A DNA stretch of 64,000 nt from NCBI GenBank assembly GCA_013239625.1, contig MU054391.1, positions 4,359,824 to 4,423,823 on the forward strand, given 5' to 3'. The stretch comes from Lama guanicoe (taxonomy: Eukaryota). Positions 1 through 13,639 of the stretch are shown piece after piece. The notes beneath the pieces are model-generated. The model did no database searches. It was not told the origin of the DNA and was given only the letters and a program-made list of their open reading frames with translations. The first letter of the stretch is position 1. Every line of letters starts with the position of its first letter. A program made the position numbers and the translations under genes.

Positions 1-339
1 TCTCTCCTGTGTTTTTTTGGAAAGAGTGAATGTTATTTCATAGGTTTGAAAAAAAATTCATTTCATTTCTATTCTTTTGATAGTTATCTCTAATTTATCG
101 ACTATATATTTTTCATATTTATATTCCTATCTATTGCTTTTATATTAATGTTATAATAAAAACATGTAGAATTTTGGAAAAAATAGAACAAAGCGGGGAG
201 ATAGAGGAGATGAACGGAGCTAAGACTTTTGACTTGTACGAAGGTAGGATACAGATGATGCGATGCTAAAAAAGGCAAATTCATAATTGCTGTGAAAAAT
301 GGAAATAGGGTGAATATTCTAATATATAATGATAGTATT

Positions 340-1400
340 TCCTTCCATCAAATGACTCATTTTTTGTCTTGGAAATTTTTATTAAATCAGTGCTGTCACT
401 TCCAGCTTCCATAACTTTTATCTCAATCCTCACATTACACTGTTGCTTTCAGATGCATTCCGGGAGAATTGTTTGAAAGCAGCAGTCACCCTGCTAATTT
501 GTTCTTCCACTGTATCTGTTCTTCTGTAAAAGTCTGTTCACTGAGTTCGTTATTTCAACAACTTAATTTTCCATTGCCAAAGTCGTCTTCTTGTACACTT
601 GTTCCTGCTTCCAGATAGCCTTATGTATTTTAAATTCTTATTCTCTACTGTCCTGTTCATTTTGATTCTTCAGCTGTTAGCTGTTCTATTTGTTAGCTCT
701 TTCTCATGTTGCTTTGACCAGGTAGTTTTCCCGTGAGCTTATCTTTTATTCTCGTGGGACTATGAGTTGCACTGTTAACAATGTTTTCTTGGTGATGGGG
801 CAAAGGCATACCTTCAGTTAATTCCCCTAAGGTGAGTTTAGGAATGTCTTAGGGAATCGTGTCCCCAGCATTACACTCCAGGCTCTGATTCTCTCCTTAC
901 AGCTCCGTCCCCTCCATGAACTTCTGGAATGCCCACCCCAGGCACTGCTCTTCTTCTGAAGTTAACAGCCTCTCTGTGATTGCATGTTCTGTGGGGTAGA
1001 ATGGGGCCCAGGAGCTAAGCCAAGGCTGGCCAGCTATATGGCACTGCCCGCTGTGGACTGTCTATCCATGCTCTGGTCTAGCATCGAATTAATGTCACCC
1101 TTCCACCTATAAGAGGGGGCTGACCAATGTTATCCTACTGTGATGATAGTAAGGCAGATAAACATCCATCCAGGGAAGCATGAGATAGAGTTAAAAAAAA
1201 AAATCAGAGCCCAGTCAGTCCATCCCTCCCCTTGCCTGTGGGCAATGATTCTCTTCAGTTCCAGGCTGTTATACCCTCCCTCCTCTACCTTCTGCTGCTG
1301 CCACGGGAACTCAACAAACTTCTCTCTCTCCAAGGGATTCTCACTATTTTGTAGGTTTCTGAGATGTCAGCCTTCACATATCATTCATGGCTTTCAAGGG
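340..1400 (-). mobile_element. Ancient L1/HAL1-like 5'/ORF1 region, highly degraded
   Basis: T-rich text such as 'ttcactgagttcgttatttcaacaacttaattttccattgcc' resembles the antisense of old L1ME/HAL1 ORF1. Boundaries are vague. Confidence 0.45.
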
Positions 1401-2670
1401 TAAACACCCAGGTGCTTCATATCTTTTCTAGAACCTCTTAATACTCTACTGAATAATTCTCTGGATGGAAGAGTCCAGCACAAAAGTTGCAGGTGGTGAT
1501 GGCTAAAACAACGGGCCTGAACTGGAGATTCCTAGAAAAACATAGCGTGAGAGAAGTTTGGAGTAAACCAGCAGCCATTCTGTCAATCCAAGGTCCACTC
1601 TCACCATGGTGCAGTGGGGCTTTGTGTCTGAAGAACGGGACCTTTAGCCTTCCACTGGGAATTATCCACTGGTCTGTTTAAGACGAAAGCTTGTTTTCAA
1701 GATGAAAACTGGACAGAGTAATCACTTACAGACAGCGGTGAGATTTTGTCTGGCAGAGTCACAGTAGCTTGGGAATAGACATCTGTGTATGGAATATGGT
1801 TGATGTCATCCACCCAGCCACTCCTACATTCCCCCGGTGCCTCTCCCTTGTCTCTCCAACCAGAGGGATGAGGGGGAAATACTGTGCCTGTCATTAGCTG
1901 GCAAGACTGGAGCAGGGGTTAGCAGGCCAATTGGAGCCAAATAGAAACTGTTCTATTATGATATCACTGCTGCCTGTTGGTTTGCCCATCTTGCTCCCGA
2001 GCTCCTGATAATGTGGTGAAACCAATGGGATTTAGTCTATGTAGAGTGGTCAGAATGAATGCCCGTTTGGGAACCTGCCGGAAGAAGCTGCCACATTTCT
2101 CAACATGGTGCTTTGATTAATTATCCATGGGGTTGATGAACAATGAAAATGAGAAAGGAATTTTATACCAAATAGAAAAATGCTTCCATATCCCTTTCAT
2201 TTTATCTCAAGTGAGTAGGCAAGACCAGTTTCTAATTCTCATCCTTTTATTTTTTTATTTTAATTTTTTTTTGAAAAAGGCAGATGACAGAGATTAACCA
2301 TTGGTCATCATGCTATTTGTCCCTGTGCTGTGACTTAGTGTAGCAGACAAGCTCCTGATGGCTCTCTGACACATAACTGTCTCTTCACTGAGAAGCCACA
2401 GATGTCACAGAAGACAATTCTAGAGTATTCCAAAGGCTACACAGTGATGTGATAAACCAAACTGTCCACTGGAGATGTCAGAAGATCTATCACAAGACAA
2501 ACACTCAGAAACACAAAAATATTTGTCATCCTTTCTAAGAACAGCATAGAATTTGGCATGTGATCCAAGTTGGACCCAGATCTAAATACAAATCAAACCA
2601 TATGGTTTAGTTAATTAGGAATCTCAATTACAAGCAGTATTTCCAAAGGGGTCTGGGCAGCAGACACACT

Positions 2671-2769
2671 GAGAGAAAGAAGGAAGGAGGGAGGGAAGAA
2701 GGTAGGAAGGAAGGAAGGAAGGAAGGGAGGGAGGGAGGGAGGGAGGAAGGGGAGAGAAGGGAGGGAGGG
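2671..2769. repeat. (GGAA)n/(GGGA)n polypurine microsatellite
   Basis: About 100 bp of almost pure G/A, seen directly. Confidence 0.95.
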
Positions 2770-3057
2770 CAAGCCCAGTCAACAGTTTTATGATCCTTCT
2801 TGAGTATAGAACCAAAATCTTAGGGGATCAGGGATCAAAATGTTTGAAATTTTGAAACTATACTTTAGTGTACTTAATGAAAGTAATTGTTAAAATGTTA
2901 TGAAAGCTAATTTAGTAAAAACAGAATAATCAATGGTAGCATTTAAAAATTTGTAGTTAGGTAATTTCTAAGCCTATTGCAGACAGGATTGTTTTAGAGA
3001 TTAACCATTTCATTCCCAAATATCTAGGAATTGGTAAGGATTTCATGTATAAGTGTG

Positions 3058-3185
3058 CTATTCAGTCATTCAACAAGCATTTTTGGCACCATTTTTGTGC
3101 CAAGTATAATTTTAAGCATTAGTAGAAAAAAATAAAAAAAAATATGTATATATCCCTGCCCTCATGAAGATTATTGTCTATTGAA
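3058..3185 (-). mobile_element. L2 3' end fragment
   Basis: 'ttcagtcattcaacaagcatttttggcacc...tgtgccaag...ccctgccctcatgaag' matches the antisense of the L2 3' terminus. Confidence 0.75.
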
Positions 3186-3289
3186 AATTTTAAATGAAAT
3201 GTTAAGATTCTGGTAGTGGATAAATGAGAATAAAGGAAAGGTCCTTTGGCATATAAAAGAAAACTCAAGAATTAAAAACAAAACTTCTT

Positions 3290-4430
3290 GGCCAATAATC
3301 AGTGATACTCAAATCAAAACTACCTAATATACATGCACCCCAATGTTCATAGCAGCACTATATATGATAGCCAAGACATGGAGGCAACCTAAATGTCCAT
3401 CAACAGATGACTGAATAAAGAAGTTGTGGTATATTTATACAATGAAATACTATTCAGCCATAAAAAAGAATAAAAGAATGCCATTTACAGCAACATGGAT
3501 GGATCTAGGGATTGTCATTCTAAGTGAAGTAAGTCAGAAAGAGAAAGAAAAATACCATATGATACCACTCATATGTGGAATCTAAAAAAAAAAAGGGATA
3601 CTATGAACTCATCTATAAAATGGAGACAGACTTGCAGACACAATAAACAATCTTATGGTCACCAGGGAAAGGGTGTGGGAAGGGATAAATTTGAGAGTTT
3701 GAGATGTTAGCCACTATATATAAAAACAGATTTTTAAAAAGTTTCTTCTGTATAGCACAGGGAACTATGTTCAATATCTTGTAATAACCTTTAATGAAAA
3801 AAAATGAAAATGAATATATGTATGTATATGCATGAAAGGGACATTGTGCTCCACACCAGAAATTGACAGGTTGTAATTGACTGTACTGTAATTTAAAAAA
3901 AACACCTTATGATACTAGCTTATAGACAGAAAAATGCAATATACACACACAGTCACTCCAATATTGATGCGTCTGTGGTGAACATGCATCCACCGAGGAC
4001 ACTTTCCAGTCCAACAGAGTAGCCAGAATCTGAGCCCTACCGTAACCAGGTGATTACATCATTTGGAATCTTCTCTAAAGGAAAATTTAACAGAAGCAGA
4101 AATCTACTCAAATGCATCCACTACAGTGTAGCCTAAAATAATAGAAAATTTCCTATCAATAATTGGTTAATTGTTATATATGAAAAAATTGAAATTTTCC
4201 ATGAGGAAACAGAAACATTTCCACGTATTTTAAAATTTTAAATAAAGGCAAAAATCCAAAATAACATTTTTCCTATTATTGTAACTGTACAAAAGGAGTC
4301 TGTATAGACAAGGGCCAGGATAAAATCATGAAAAATGAAATTATTGGTTGCATGTATGTACTGAGATAAGAGAAAATTTAATTCTGCAGAATATTATTTA
4401 ATATCATCACATCATCTTTCCAATATATAA
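3290..4430 (+). mobile_element. Old L1ME-type 3' fragment, interrupted by a younger L1 at 3327-3900
   Basis: 'ccaataatcagtgatactcaaatcaaaactacc' continues as 'ttatgatac' after the young insert. Degraded L1 ORF2/3' UTR text runs to about 4430. Confidence 0.55.
3327..3900 (+). mobile_element. 5'-truncated young L1 (camelid/cetartiodactyl type): ORF2 C-terminus, 3' UTR and A tail
   Basis: Translates as TCTPMFIAALYMIAKTWRQPKCPSTDD*IKKLWYIYTMKYYSAIKKN...EKEKYHMIPLICGI* (premature TGA at 3412-3414, native TAA at 3583-3585). The 3' UTR contains 'tatagcacagggaactat'. Imperfect TSD: aaaactacct / aaaac-acct. Confidence 0.95.
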
Positions 4431-5719
4431 AGTAAATAGAACAGATAAAGGAAATGGAATTTACCATAGGCTGAGCAAGGGATTAAAAAAAATTGATCAG
4501 TGATGGGTGAAGAAAAAATGGAATCAGTCATTGAGCTTTAAAATATAATACAGATGGTTTCCTGGTTGAAAATAGGAGACCTCTAAAATTAACCATGAGC
4601 CCACCTGGCGGATTTAGAAGAATTCAGCCAGCATCCTGCAACTCAGCATGGAAATAGAAAGATACCGAATCATATTTTATTTCTATTGGACACTTAAATC
4701 TCCTATAAATCTGCCCAACCACTGTCAAATATATAGGGTTTTAAATACAAGTAATGTAGAAAAGGGTCATTATATCACACATGTCTGAAGGTTATTTTAC
4801 AGACTTGAAAGAGGGCGATTTGCATCTGATACCCCAAGGAAAACAACAGGAAGCAATCTCTACCTCATACTCTTCCCTTCCTTCTGCTCGTGCCCTTCCA
4901 TCCTCTTCTTTCACCACCCTCTGCCCCCTCCCCAGAAAATCCAAGCCATGTGACTTTTTTCAACATCTGCTTCCTTTCTTTTCTTTCACAGAAAGCGTGC
5001 ATGAATAATCAGACCACACTGCTGCTGTTAATTGTAAAAATCATTAGTAAACTTCCAGGTGCTGTTTACTATATAAGCATTGTAATTTTCTATCCTAAAA
5101 TCAGCAACTCCTCCGCATCATTGTCTGCCCTGGGGCCTGAGCACTGTGCAGCTTTGAGGCTGTCAAAGGCAGCCGCAGCCCCATTTACTGGGACTGAAAG
5201 AGATCGATCCACACCTGCAGCGTTTGAAGCAATAATTCCTAATATTAACCAGACCTCATGAGGAGCAGGCCCTTTTCCAGCCTCCTCGTGATTCAACACT
5301 TTGCAACCCATGTGAGATCACTGAAAGGCGCCATGATTGACTGACACCCACCCTGAGCTCATTCTTCCCTTTCTGCCCCACTGCACCCCACTCCCCAAGG
5401 ATTCTGGAGAGACACTTACAAAGAAGATAAGGCCAATGTGGACGCCACTAAAATCCACCTAGTAATCTGTTGGGGGGGTGTCATCACAAAGGAGCACAGA
5501 GGATGGAGAATACTGGAGATTCTTACGGAGAGAAAAGATCGCAGCACAAAGGAGTAACTTGCCCAGAGCCACACAAACACTGCCTAATGCGTCTGTTACA
5601 CAAAACAGATTACAACTTCCATCTGTCTCCTTGAAGACACCTGTGGTTTTCCTCAAAGAATTCAAGATAAAAGGAAACAAAGCTTGAGTTTACATCTTTC
5701 GCAGGTAATATCATGGCGT

Positions 5720-6017
5720 CCCTGAATGCACCTGCTGCTCTTTCCTCAAGGCTCCCAATTCCTGCCCTGTTCCTCCAGGCAGGATCCCACCCAGCCTTCC
5801 AGGGTCACAGCAGGAGCCACCCACAGGATGACCGAGCTGCTCCTTGGCCTGTGCTCTGCCCTGCTTTGTATATTTACTGCCGCAGCCACTATTTCACCCT
5901 GCTGAATCATGTTTGCTTACCCTTATTTCAGTGGTGTTGGAAGTGCCACTAATGATGGGAGACTCCCTTCTTTGATTACTTATATTTTTAGCCTGGTACC
6001 TACCTGAATGAATGAAC
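5720..6017 (+). mobile_element. L2 3' end fragment
   Basis: Ends in 'agcctggtacctacctgaatgaatgaac', the L2 tail. Confidence 0.55.
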
Positions 6018-6497
6018 AAAATATACTGAGGGTGCTTTTCTAATATCCAGTGCTTTTAATAAATGTTAGAGCTCAGAAGTCCTTAGATGCCTGTAATCTG
6101 ACTTCAAATTTAACTTCCTCATCTGAAGCACCAAAACATTAAGTGACGATGCTGAACTGGATTCCAACTTGGCATCATCACCAGCCTCCTCTGCAGTCTT
6201 CTCTGCATCCCAAGGATGAATCCTAGTGTGACATTTCCCTTTTCCCATCAGCTTCCAGGCGAGTATGACAGTGAGAGAGGAGGAGTCAGGATTCTCTAGT
6301 AGCGGTGACAGCCTAGCCTGACTCCTAAGTAAAAGTATAGGTGAAAAGTTGGTGTGACTTTCTCAGCGGCTCTCAGGCAATCTCCTGCACATCTCCTGTG
6401 CTAGTGCTGCCTCTGGCAATGGTTTCACTGTCATTTGTTCCCTCTGCCCTTCCAAATGTTTTGTTAGGTTTCATTTCTTGTGTTAAAGCCTTGCGAG

Positions 6498-7075
6498 AAA
6501 AGGAGAGTCATCTTCTCAATAAATGGTGCTGGGTCAACTGGATATCCACGGGGGAGATAGTAGAAATAAATCTTGACCCCCTACCTCACACCATGCATAA
6601 AAATCAAATCCAGACAATTGTAGATCTAAGTGTGAAAAGTAAAATAATAATAATAAATGTTTAAAAGAAAACACAGAAGAACTTCTTCATCAGATTGGGG
6701 AAGCAAACCTTAGACAAGATGTACAAAAATTTACTAACCATGAAAGACAAAATTAAAATTAAGATTCTCCGAATATCAAATGATACCATTAAGAGAAGAG
6801 AAAAGGAAGCCACCAAATAGGGAAAGATATCTGTGTGTCCTCTATCTGACAAAAGGCTTTCTAGAACATAAAAAGAACCTTTCCAAATCAATCAGAAAAA
6901 GATAGACATGCCAGAATAGGAGAAAGACTTGAACAGGCACTTAAAAAAGAATATCTAAATAGCAAGAAAACACGTTGTAAGGTGCTCAACTTCATTAGTC
7001 ATCAGATAAATGCAAATTAAAACCACTGTACACATGAGATAAAGTCTATAACTTAAAAGACAGGTAAGCCAGGTG
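6498..7075 (+). mobile_element. Old L1 (L1M) ORF2 fragment
   Basis: 'ctcaataaatggtgctgggtcaactggatatcc' translates to LNKWCWVNWIS, homologous to L1 ORF2 FNKWCWENW. Continues to 'cattagtcatcagataaatgcaaattaaaacc'. Confidence 0.9.
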
Positions 7076-7270
7076 TTTTTTTTTTTTGATTTCACATTTA
7101 AATGACATCATATGGTATTCTTCTTCCCCCTCTGGCTTACTTTACTTAAAATGCCGATCTCCAGGTCCATCAAATGGCATTATTTTGTTCTTTTTTTATC
7201 ACCGAATAGTATTCCACTATATAAATATAACACAACTTCTTTATTCAGTCATCTGTGGATGGATGCTTAG
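7076..7270 (-). mobile_element. Younger L1 ORF2 3' fragment, antisense
   Basis: Poly-T followed by 'gatttcacatttaaatgacatcatatggtatt...gaatagtattccact...ctttattcagtcatctgtggatgga', the reverse complement of sequence homologous to 3400-3585. Confidence 0.9.
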
Positions 7271-7299
7271 TCTTAAACTCTGACTTCAGAGAGTTTGAG

Positions 7300-8030
7300 A
7301 CCACTTGACCATCCCTAACCCCCTGCTCATGTGTCTGCTTACTGCTTATCTTCCTTATCACTTTCTCTTCTGCCTCAGAGGTAGGAGGTGGCCTTATGCT
7401 CTTGGAGAACAGGCCATCACTCTGTGCCTTACTGCCTCCCCATCTTCCTTCAATGGCTTTTTCTAGCCATTTTTGTCAAGTGTGTCTCTTCAACTCTACA
7501 ACACCTGTCACTCCTTCATGTAGTCCCCTTGAACTGAAGTACCCTCTAAACTGACCCCTCTTAAATCTGCTTCACCACCCCAAAGCTCTCCCCCACTTCT
7601 TATAAATAACATCGTGGATTACTCCATCCTCCTTGAGTCTTCCTGTTTGTTAGTTTCTACGACACCTCAGTCTCCAGGAACATTTCTGACCTGCTGGTTG
7701 GTCCTCCTTTCTGGCCGGGATCTTCTTTTTCCTCTGCCGGACCGTTCGTGATCTTTGGATACCTCCCCTCAGTCCTCAGCTCATACCACTCAAAGAACTT
7801 TCATTTTGATTCCAGAATTCTCCCAGATCTTCAAATTTCCATATCCAGCTCTTGGCTGGATACTTGCATCTGAATATTGAGACCCCATAGGTGAGTGAGG
7901 GCCACCACCCAAGAGACGGAGATAGACAAGATGACACCATCCAGACTGCGTTCTTGTCCTCCATGGCTGGCACAGAGCAGGCGGTCAGTAAATGTTTCTT
8001 GAGTGAATGAGTGATTGAAGGAATGAATAA
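7300..8030 (+). mobile_element. L2 fragments
   Basis: Pyrimidine-rich L2 ORF2-like text ending in 'tggcacagagcaggcggtcagtaaatgtttcttgagtgaatgag'. Confidence 0.7.
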
Positions 8031-8969
8031 CAAAGGAGGCTCAGAAACACTCAGGTGGTGTCTGGTCTGAACCACCCATCACTGTGACTTCTGGCCACAT
8101 GTAGGGGCAAGTGCCATGACTCTGTCCCCAGTTTCAAAGAAGACAAACTAGCTGGGAAGTGTGAAACTGTCATTCAGGAGATGTATGCTTTCTCAGATCT
8201 CCATTAGTTGGATGCCTTTGTCTTTTGAATGTAGCCTCTGGCTTCCCAAAAAGCTGTATTTCAGAGAATGATCCTGAAGAGACCAGGACTGCTCCTAAAA
8301 GACCACCTCAGCTGAGTCCCAGTGGTGGAGAGGGCCAGGCTTAGCCAGTGTTTCCTCCTTTAACTTCTCCACTGAACAGTTGCTGTGAACCATTAGGCGG
8401 CTGCTCTGGCTGAAAACGAAGGATTTGCTGTATAATGTATTTTTTTACAAAGATTATTTAAGGCATGATTTCTGTTTATGGTCCCAGGATAAATTATAAT
8501 CACCTTTGTTTACCTCCTATTCCTTTCTTAATTAACTGACAGCCTATTAGCATACATTTTTTTTTATCCCCAGAGTATTAATTATACATAATTTATATCA
8601 TAAGCATTTATTTCGTATCTGTGGGATGAATAAAACATTTACCTGCTTACAGCTACTTGAGGTTAACATTTTTATACAAAAAACTCACCTGAGACTTCCA
8701 ATCAAATTATCAGATTTTTAATTTCTGTTACGTAATGATACTGTACTACTCATTGCAGTGTTTTATTCCACTCTAGGCTAAACAGTCGTTTAGCTGAGTG
8801 CTGTGCTGGCAGCATTAATTATCAATCACGCATGCTTTGTTGCACAATGAGATGCAAATAATAAAAATGTGAAATTCACTAATATGAGCGCTGGGTCCAC
8901 CATGGGATTGGAGCACCAGTACTAGTCCTGGTGAGGTCACAGGGATCTCCAGGCCTTTGCTTTCATGGC

Positions 8970-9125
8970 TCATCAGAACTGGAAAGGACCCTACAGCTCA
9001 AAGGGCACATCCCTTGTCATTTGAAGGGTGAGGACTCTTAGGCCCAGAGAAGGCAAACGCTTGGCACAGCCCACCCCCTCGGCGAGTGAGTGTCACAGCC
9101 TGGGATGCAGCACAAGATCCAGGGC
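8970..9125 (-). mobile_element. MIR-family SINE
   Basis: 'agaactggaaaggaccctacag...catttgaagggtgaggactcttaggcccagagaagg' resembles the antisense MIR/MIR3 core. Confidence 0.6.
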
Positions 9126-10439
9126 CTTTTTCACCCACACAGAGATGTTCTTCTTTCTCAAAATATTGTAAAATTTGAATGTTTGAATCAGGTGTGGTCT
9201 CATGCTCAAACGTCAGTGAAACAAGATGTACATGAATCAGATTTTGGAGGAGAAATGTCATAAGCTTTCCTCCATGGGGTGGCTTAGGTGACATTGAGGA
9301 GGAGTGGTGTAAACCTCTCTCAAGGTGAGCAGACTGACAGGAGTGACCAAGAGGCCCTGGTCCCAGTCTCCAGGCTCACAGTGCAGACTGTGCCCCTCCC
9401 CAGTCGCCAGGCGCCGTTCCAGCCACACTCGTCACGGTTGTCTCCTCACCCTGGATGCATGGCCGGTCAAGACCATGGATTCCGGTCCCTTTCCATGCTC
9501 TCAGTATTCTACCTGCCACCTGCAGTTACGCGGAAACCAGCGGCAAAGTTAATCAGAATGTAAGTGTGCCATTTCACCTGGGAAATCTGTTTCTTCAATG
9601 GAAATACAGGGGATTTGGGTGGCTTCTTGAGAGAAGAAAGAAGAAATGCATGTGCAGGAGACTGGGGAAGGGTACTGCAGATCCAGGGCGCAGGTGATGG
9701 AGAGGAAAGGGGGGCCCTGGAGGCAGTTAAGCACCGACCCCATGGTAAGTCCTTGCTCGGGTTGCGTGCACGTTCCCCCCTTGGCTTCTTACATTCGCCC
9801 TGGGAAATAAGCGTCCCCATCTCATAGAATTTAAAATTGAGACTTAAAAGATTAAAATCATTTGCATGAGAGAGTGCTGGGGCTTCAACCAAGATCTAGG
9901 TATGCTTAACATCCAGACTTGCCAAAGCACCACACCAAATAGCAAGAAAAATGGTAACAGGCATTTAGGTAGCAATGCAGAAGAACTCTTTATCCCATGT
10001 TACGCACCCCCACTTGGAAGTATAAAGGCTGTGTCTTTAATGTATTCCACCACCTTGCCTGAGAAGAACAAAGCATAGTTTTTCTGAAGAAGTATCTTGG
10101 AATTGCTAACAGGTCAAGGTGGAAAGAAAACACTTGATGTCAATCCTGGGGAAGAGCGAGAAGGCTCTGTCTTTTTGAGTCTCCTCTGATAATGTGGAAA
10201 TGGTAACAAAGGCAGAAAGAAAATGTACAGAATAAAATATGGGATGCCCCAGAGTTTCCCAGTAGACAAAGCTGCCCAGCCCAGCGGGTCCTCCAATGTG
10301 GCTCCCTCAGGCTCCTGCCTGGTGCCCCACCCCACTGGATGGGGCTGGCAGCCCCCTCACAGCTCGCGACTCATCCACCTCTTACTCTCCAGTCAGTACG
10401 TAGTATGGAGGGCTCGCTAGCACCCAGAAATTTCAGTCG

Positions 10440-11083
10440 AGTCATCCTCTTGCACCCAGCCATGAAATGCTGGAGTTCTTCAAGGCTCCCCGAGGCTCGA
10501 TCTCTTTTACTCTGCGTCACCTTCATGAGCAGTCTCGTGCATGCGCATGACTTCAAACACATTGATTATTTTGTGACTTCTCAGTTTTCGACTCCAACCA
10601 AAATCCATCTTCTGGGGACCTGTCTGAGATATGCACTCAATAACCACCTCAGGAAGCCCCCAGACCACGTAAAGTGATGTGCATGAAACCACATTCACGA
10701 AGTCCGCCTGGCCCCCTGCGCCAAAGGGGAAAACAAAGAAAAGAAGAAAAAAACCAAAACTGGTCCTTTCCCAGGTCCCTTAGCTCAATGAATGACACTC
10801 TCTATTTGTTCTAAACAAAAGCCTGTCTCCTCTTCTACGTCCAATTCATCAGCTGCCTATTTTGCCTCCTATATAGATCTTGCATCCAGCCATGTTTTCC
10901 ACTTCCACTGCCACCGTCATAAGCGTGGCTAATAATATCTCTCACATGGACGTCTGCAATTGCCTTCTAATTGTTATCCTCAAGTTCAGTGCTGCCCGTC
11001 TCCTCCCCGACTCTGTTTTCTGAACTGTAGCCAGAGTTATCTTTTCAAGATTCAAATCTGATGATATCAATCTCCATTCAAAA
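10440..11083 (+). mobile_element. L2 ORF2 fragment
   Basis: 'ccactgccacc...atctctcacatggac...tgcaattgccttctaattg...gccagagttatcttttcaagattcaaatctgatg' is typical L2 text. Confidence 0.75.
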
Positions 11084-12045
11084 TAATGGAGAAGGCCTTT
11101 TTAAATTTGGAACAAAACAGAAACCAAAAAAAGAAAAGACTGGCAAAATAGACTACATAAAAATAAAATATTTCTCATGACAAAAATCACCCTAAACAAA
11201 GTTAAAGATAAAAGACACACTTGGAAATTTAAACAAAATACCAATTTTCTTAAACTATAAAGACATCCGAAAATGAACTTTAAAAAATGACAAACAACCT
11301 AATAGAAAAATGAGCACAGAACAAGATATACAAATGCTCCCCACACACATACACACACACTCACACACATACACCCACAGAAATGACTCTTGAGCATTTT
11401 AAAAAAAATTTAACCTCATTTATAATAAGATAAAGGCAAATAAATTTTTGCTTATTACATTAGCAAGTAAAAAGTTTAAGAATACATTTTGCTAGTTATG
11501 GTATAGAGAAAAATCCCTTTTTTATTGCAATGATGATAGAAACTTGTAATTTAATAGTGTCTATCAACTTTAAATGCACATAATCTTCGATCCAAAAATT
11601 TACTTTTGGAAATTTATTATTGAGATTTAATTGCACTGTTTGAAATTTTCTCTCTATATATATTATATAAATTTCATCATGGTTGTGGTAACTGAAGACT
11701 GGGTTAAGTGAGATGTCCTCCAGTACTTAACAGGTGAAGTATATTGTGGTTCATTCCCACAGTGGAATATTATGCAGTTATGAAAAGGAATGGGGAAGGT
11801 CTACACATGCAGTGTCTTAGCTATATCCTTAAATGAAAACAGTAACATATAATGCCATGTATACAGGTGAAGTATGTGTGTGTGGTGTGCATATACTTGT
11901 GTATACGTGTCACAGCTCTGGAAGGATATGTAAAATATTTCATCTAGGAGGGGACCTGTGTGGCTAGAACCCTCTGTTGAGAGAGACACTGACTTTTCAC
12001 TGGATCGATTTGTACTTTTGTCACTTTTTTACTCATGTATACACG
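11084..12045 (+). mobile_element. Old L1ME-type ORF2 end and 3' UTR
   Basis: A-rich L1 text, including 'atagactacataaaaataaaa', 'acaacctaatagaaaaatgagc' and 'cagtggaatattatgcagttatgaaaagga'. Contains a CA-rich patch at 11343-11378. Confidence 0.85.
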
Positions 12046-13639
12046 GGTGTGTCTGTGTGCATCTGTGTGGAGAAAGAGCGGAGTGTAGGCAGCCCTTCTC
12101 GAGCTTTGTGTGTAACTAGAGTGGGCGAGGAGCTGAGCGAGGGTTTTGTGACATGTGAGACTACCGCCCATGTTTAGAGCTGCTGAGAACGAGGCAAGAG
12201 AGCGTGGTCGGAGGCAGGCGAGGAGAGCGCATCGGTCAGGCAGCCCTGAGCTGGGTGAGGGATGAGGACCACGGACTGAGAGCTGGGATGGAGACAGGAG
12301 AGGGGCATCCTTCCGTGCGGCAGAGGAAGAAAAGGGACCCACAGACCTGCAAGTTCACACCATCTGTTTCCCTGTAGTTTCACTCTTCTAAGCAAGACTC
12401 TTCTGCCGTGTCAGCAAGTGAGACCCAACATGAATAGAATCCCGGGAAGAAGGAGGTCCTCAGGTGACAGGCAACAAGAATGCTTTCAGCAAACTCTGGA
12501 AACACGCTGCACAGGGGAGGGTCGGGCTGGGAAAGTGAGCAAGTCATATCCTCATCCGTGGGAGGGGCCGATGCTTGGGCACCAGGGATGCCCAAGAAGG
12601 AACAGGCTGAAGACTTGTTTCTGGAATATGTTTAGGGAAGCATCGCACAGCAAGCTGCTGGGATTCGAGAAAGTGCACTGTGGTCCCCTTCTCCCCTGCA
12701 TCAGAGACCAGCATCGGGGATCCCTCCAAGATGAGAAGTTCAAGGAAAAGTGGGAGACCTTCCTCTTATTTAGCCTTGTCACAGGTCCCCAGCACTCAGT
12801 CATTTAGAGACGAGGAAATCTGAGGCTGTCAGGAGAGCGAGGGTAAACTACGAAGAAGGAGGCTCGTGGGACAAGCTACCGCCGGTGTCCACACGGTGCT
12901 CATCCTTCCCCAAGGAACGACCTAACCCCTTCGCCCTCAGCTCTCTCTGCCGAGGGTCTCGGTGAATTACCTGGTGGTGGGACCAAATCTTCCCCTCTGA
13001 GATCCCGACTCTTTCACCAGCACCCCAAGTTGGTGTGGACTTGCTGCAGTGCCCCTCACAGCTCCAAGGCGTCCAGGGTCCCTCCTGCCCCCGTTATACA
13101 GACAGTCCCAGCCCGTCCCTGCCAGCTGACGACCTTCATTCTGCACTTCAGTCTCTGGGTGCTCCCTGGTGGGACTGTCCAGGGTCCTGAGCAGCCAGTG
13201 CTCGCCAGTGCGTCGCTGCTGTCACACCAGCCGGGAGCAGCCCGCGGGGAGCAAATGCTGCAGTGGATTCCGAGCACGGCTGGGGCCCCTGGGCCACCGC
13301 GCTGTCTGTGGTCAGAGGTCTGAGAGGCGCAGTCTCCCAGAGAACACAGAGGAAAAAAGAAAGAAATCTGTGGGTGCAGATCAGAGCAGTGGTCTTCAGC
13401 TCCGATTCTGTGACAGCAGATCCCCCCTGGGGCAGGACAGTCAGTGACAGAATCACAAACACGCCTGTGCCTGACGTGCCTTTGGGTCTTGGCTTCCCTG
13501 ACGTCTGCCTTTGATAGAAATGATACGTGTAGGTCGATCCTCTGTTTCTTCCGAGGTGCCAGTTACTCTGCTGAACCTGAGAAGATGCTAAAACCCAGGA
13601 GTTACGATGAAGGTGGTAAGAGCAGATTTAGAAGCCACA

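Noticed and set aside
9526..9744. Two gtaagt donors with nearby AG sites on plus
   Set aside because: The acceptors are weak and the peptides unrecognisable. Expected by chance.
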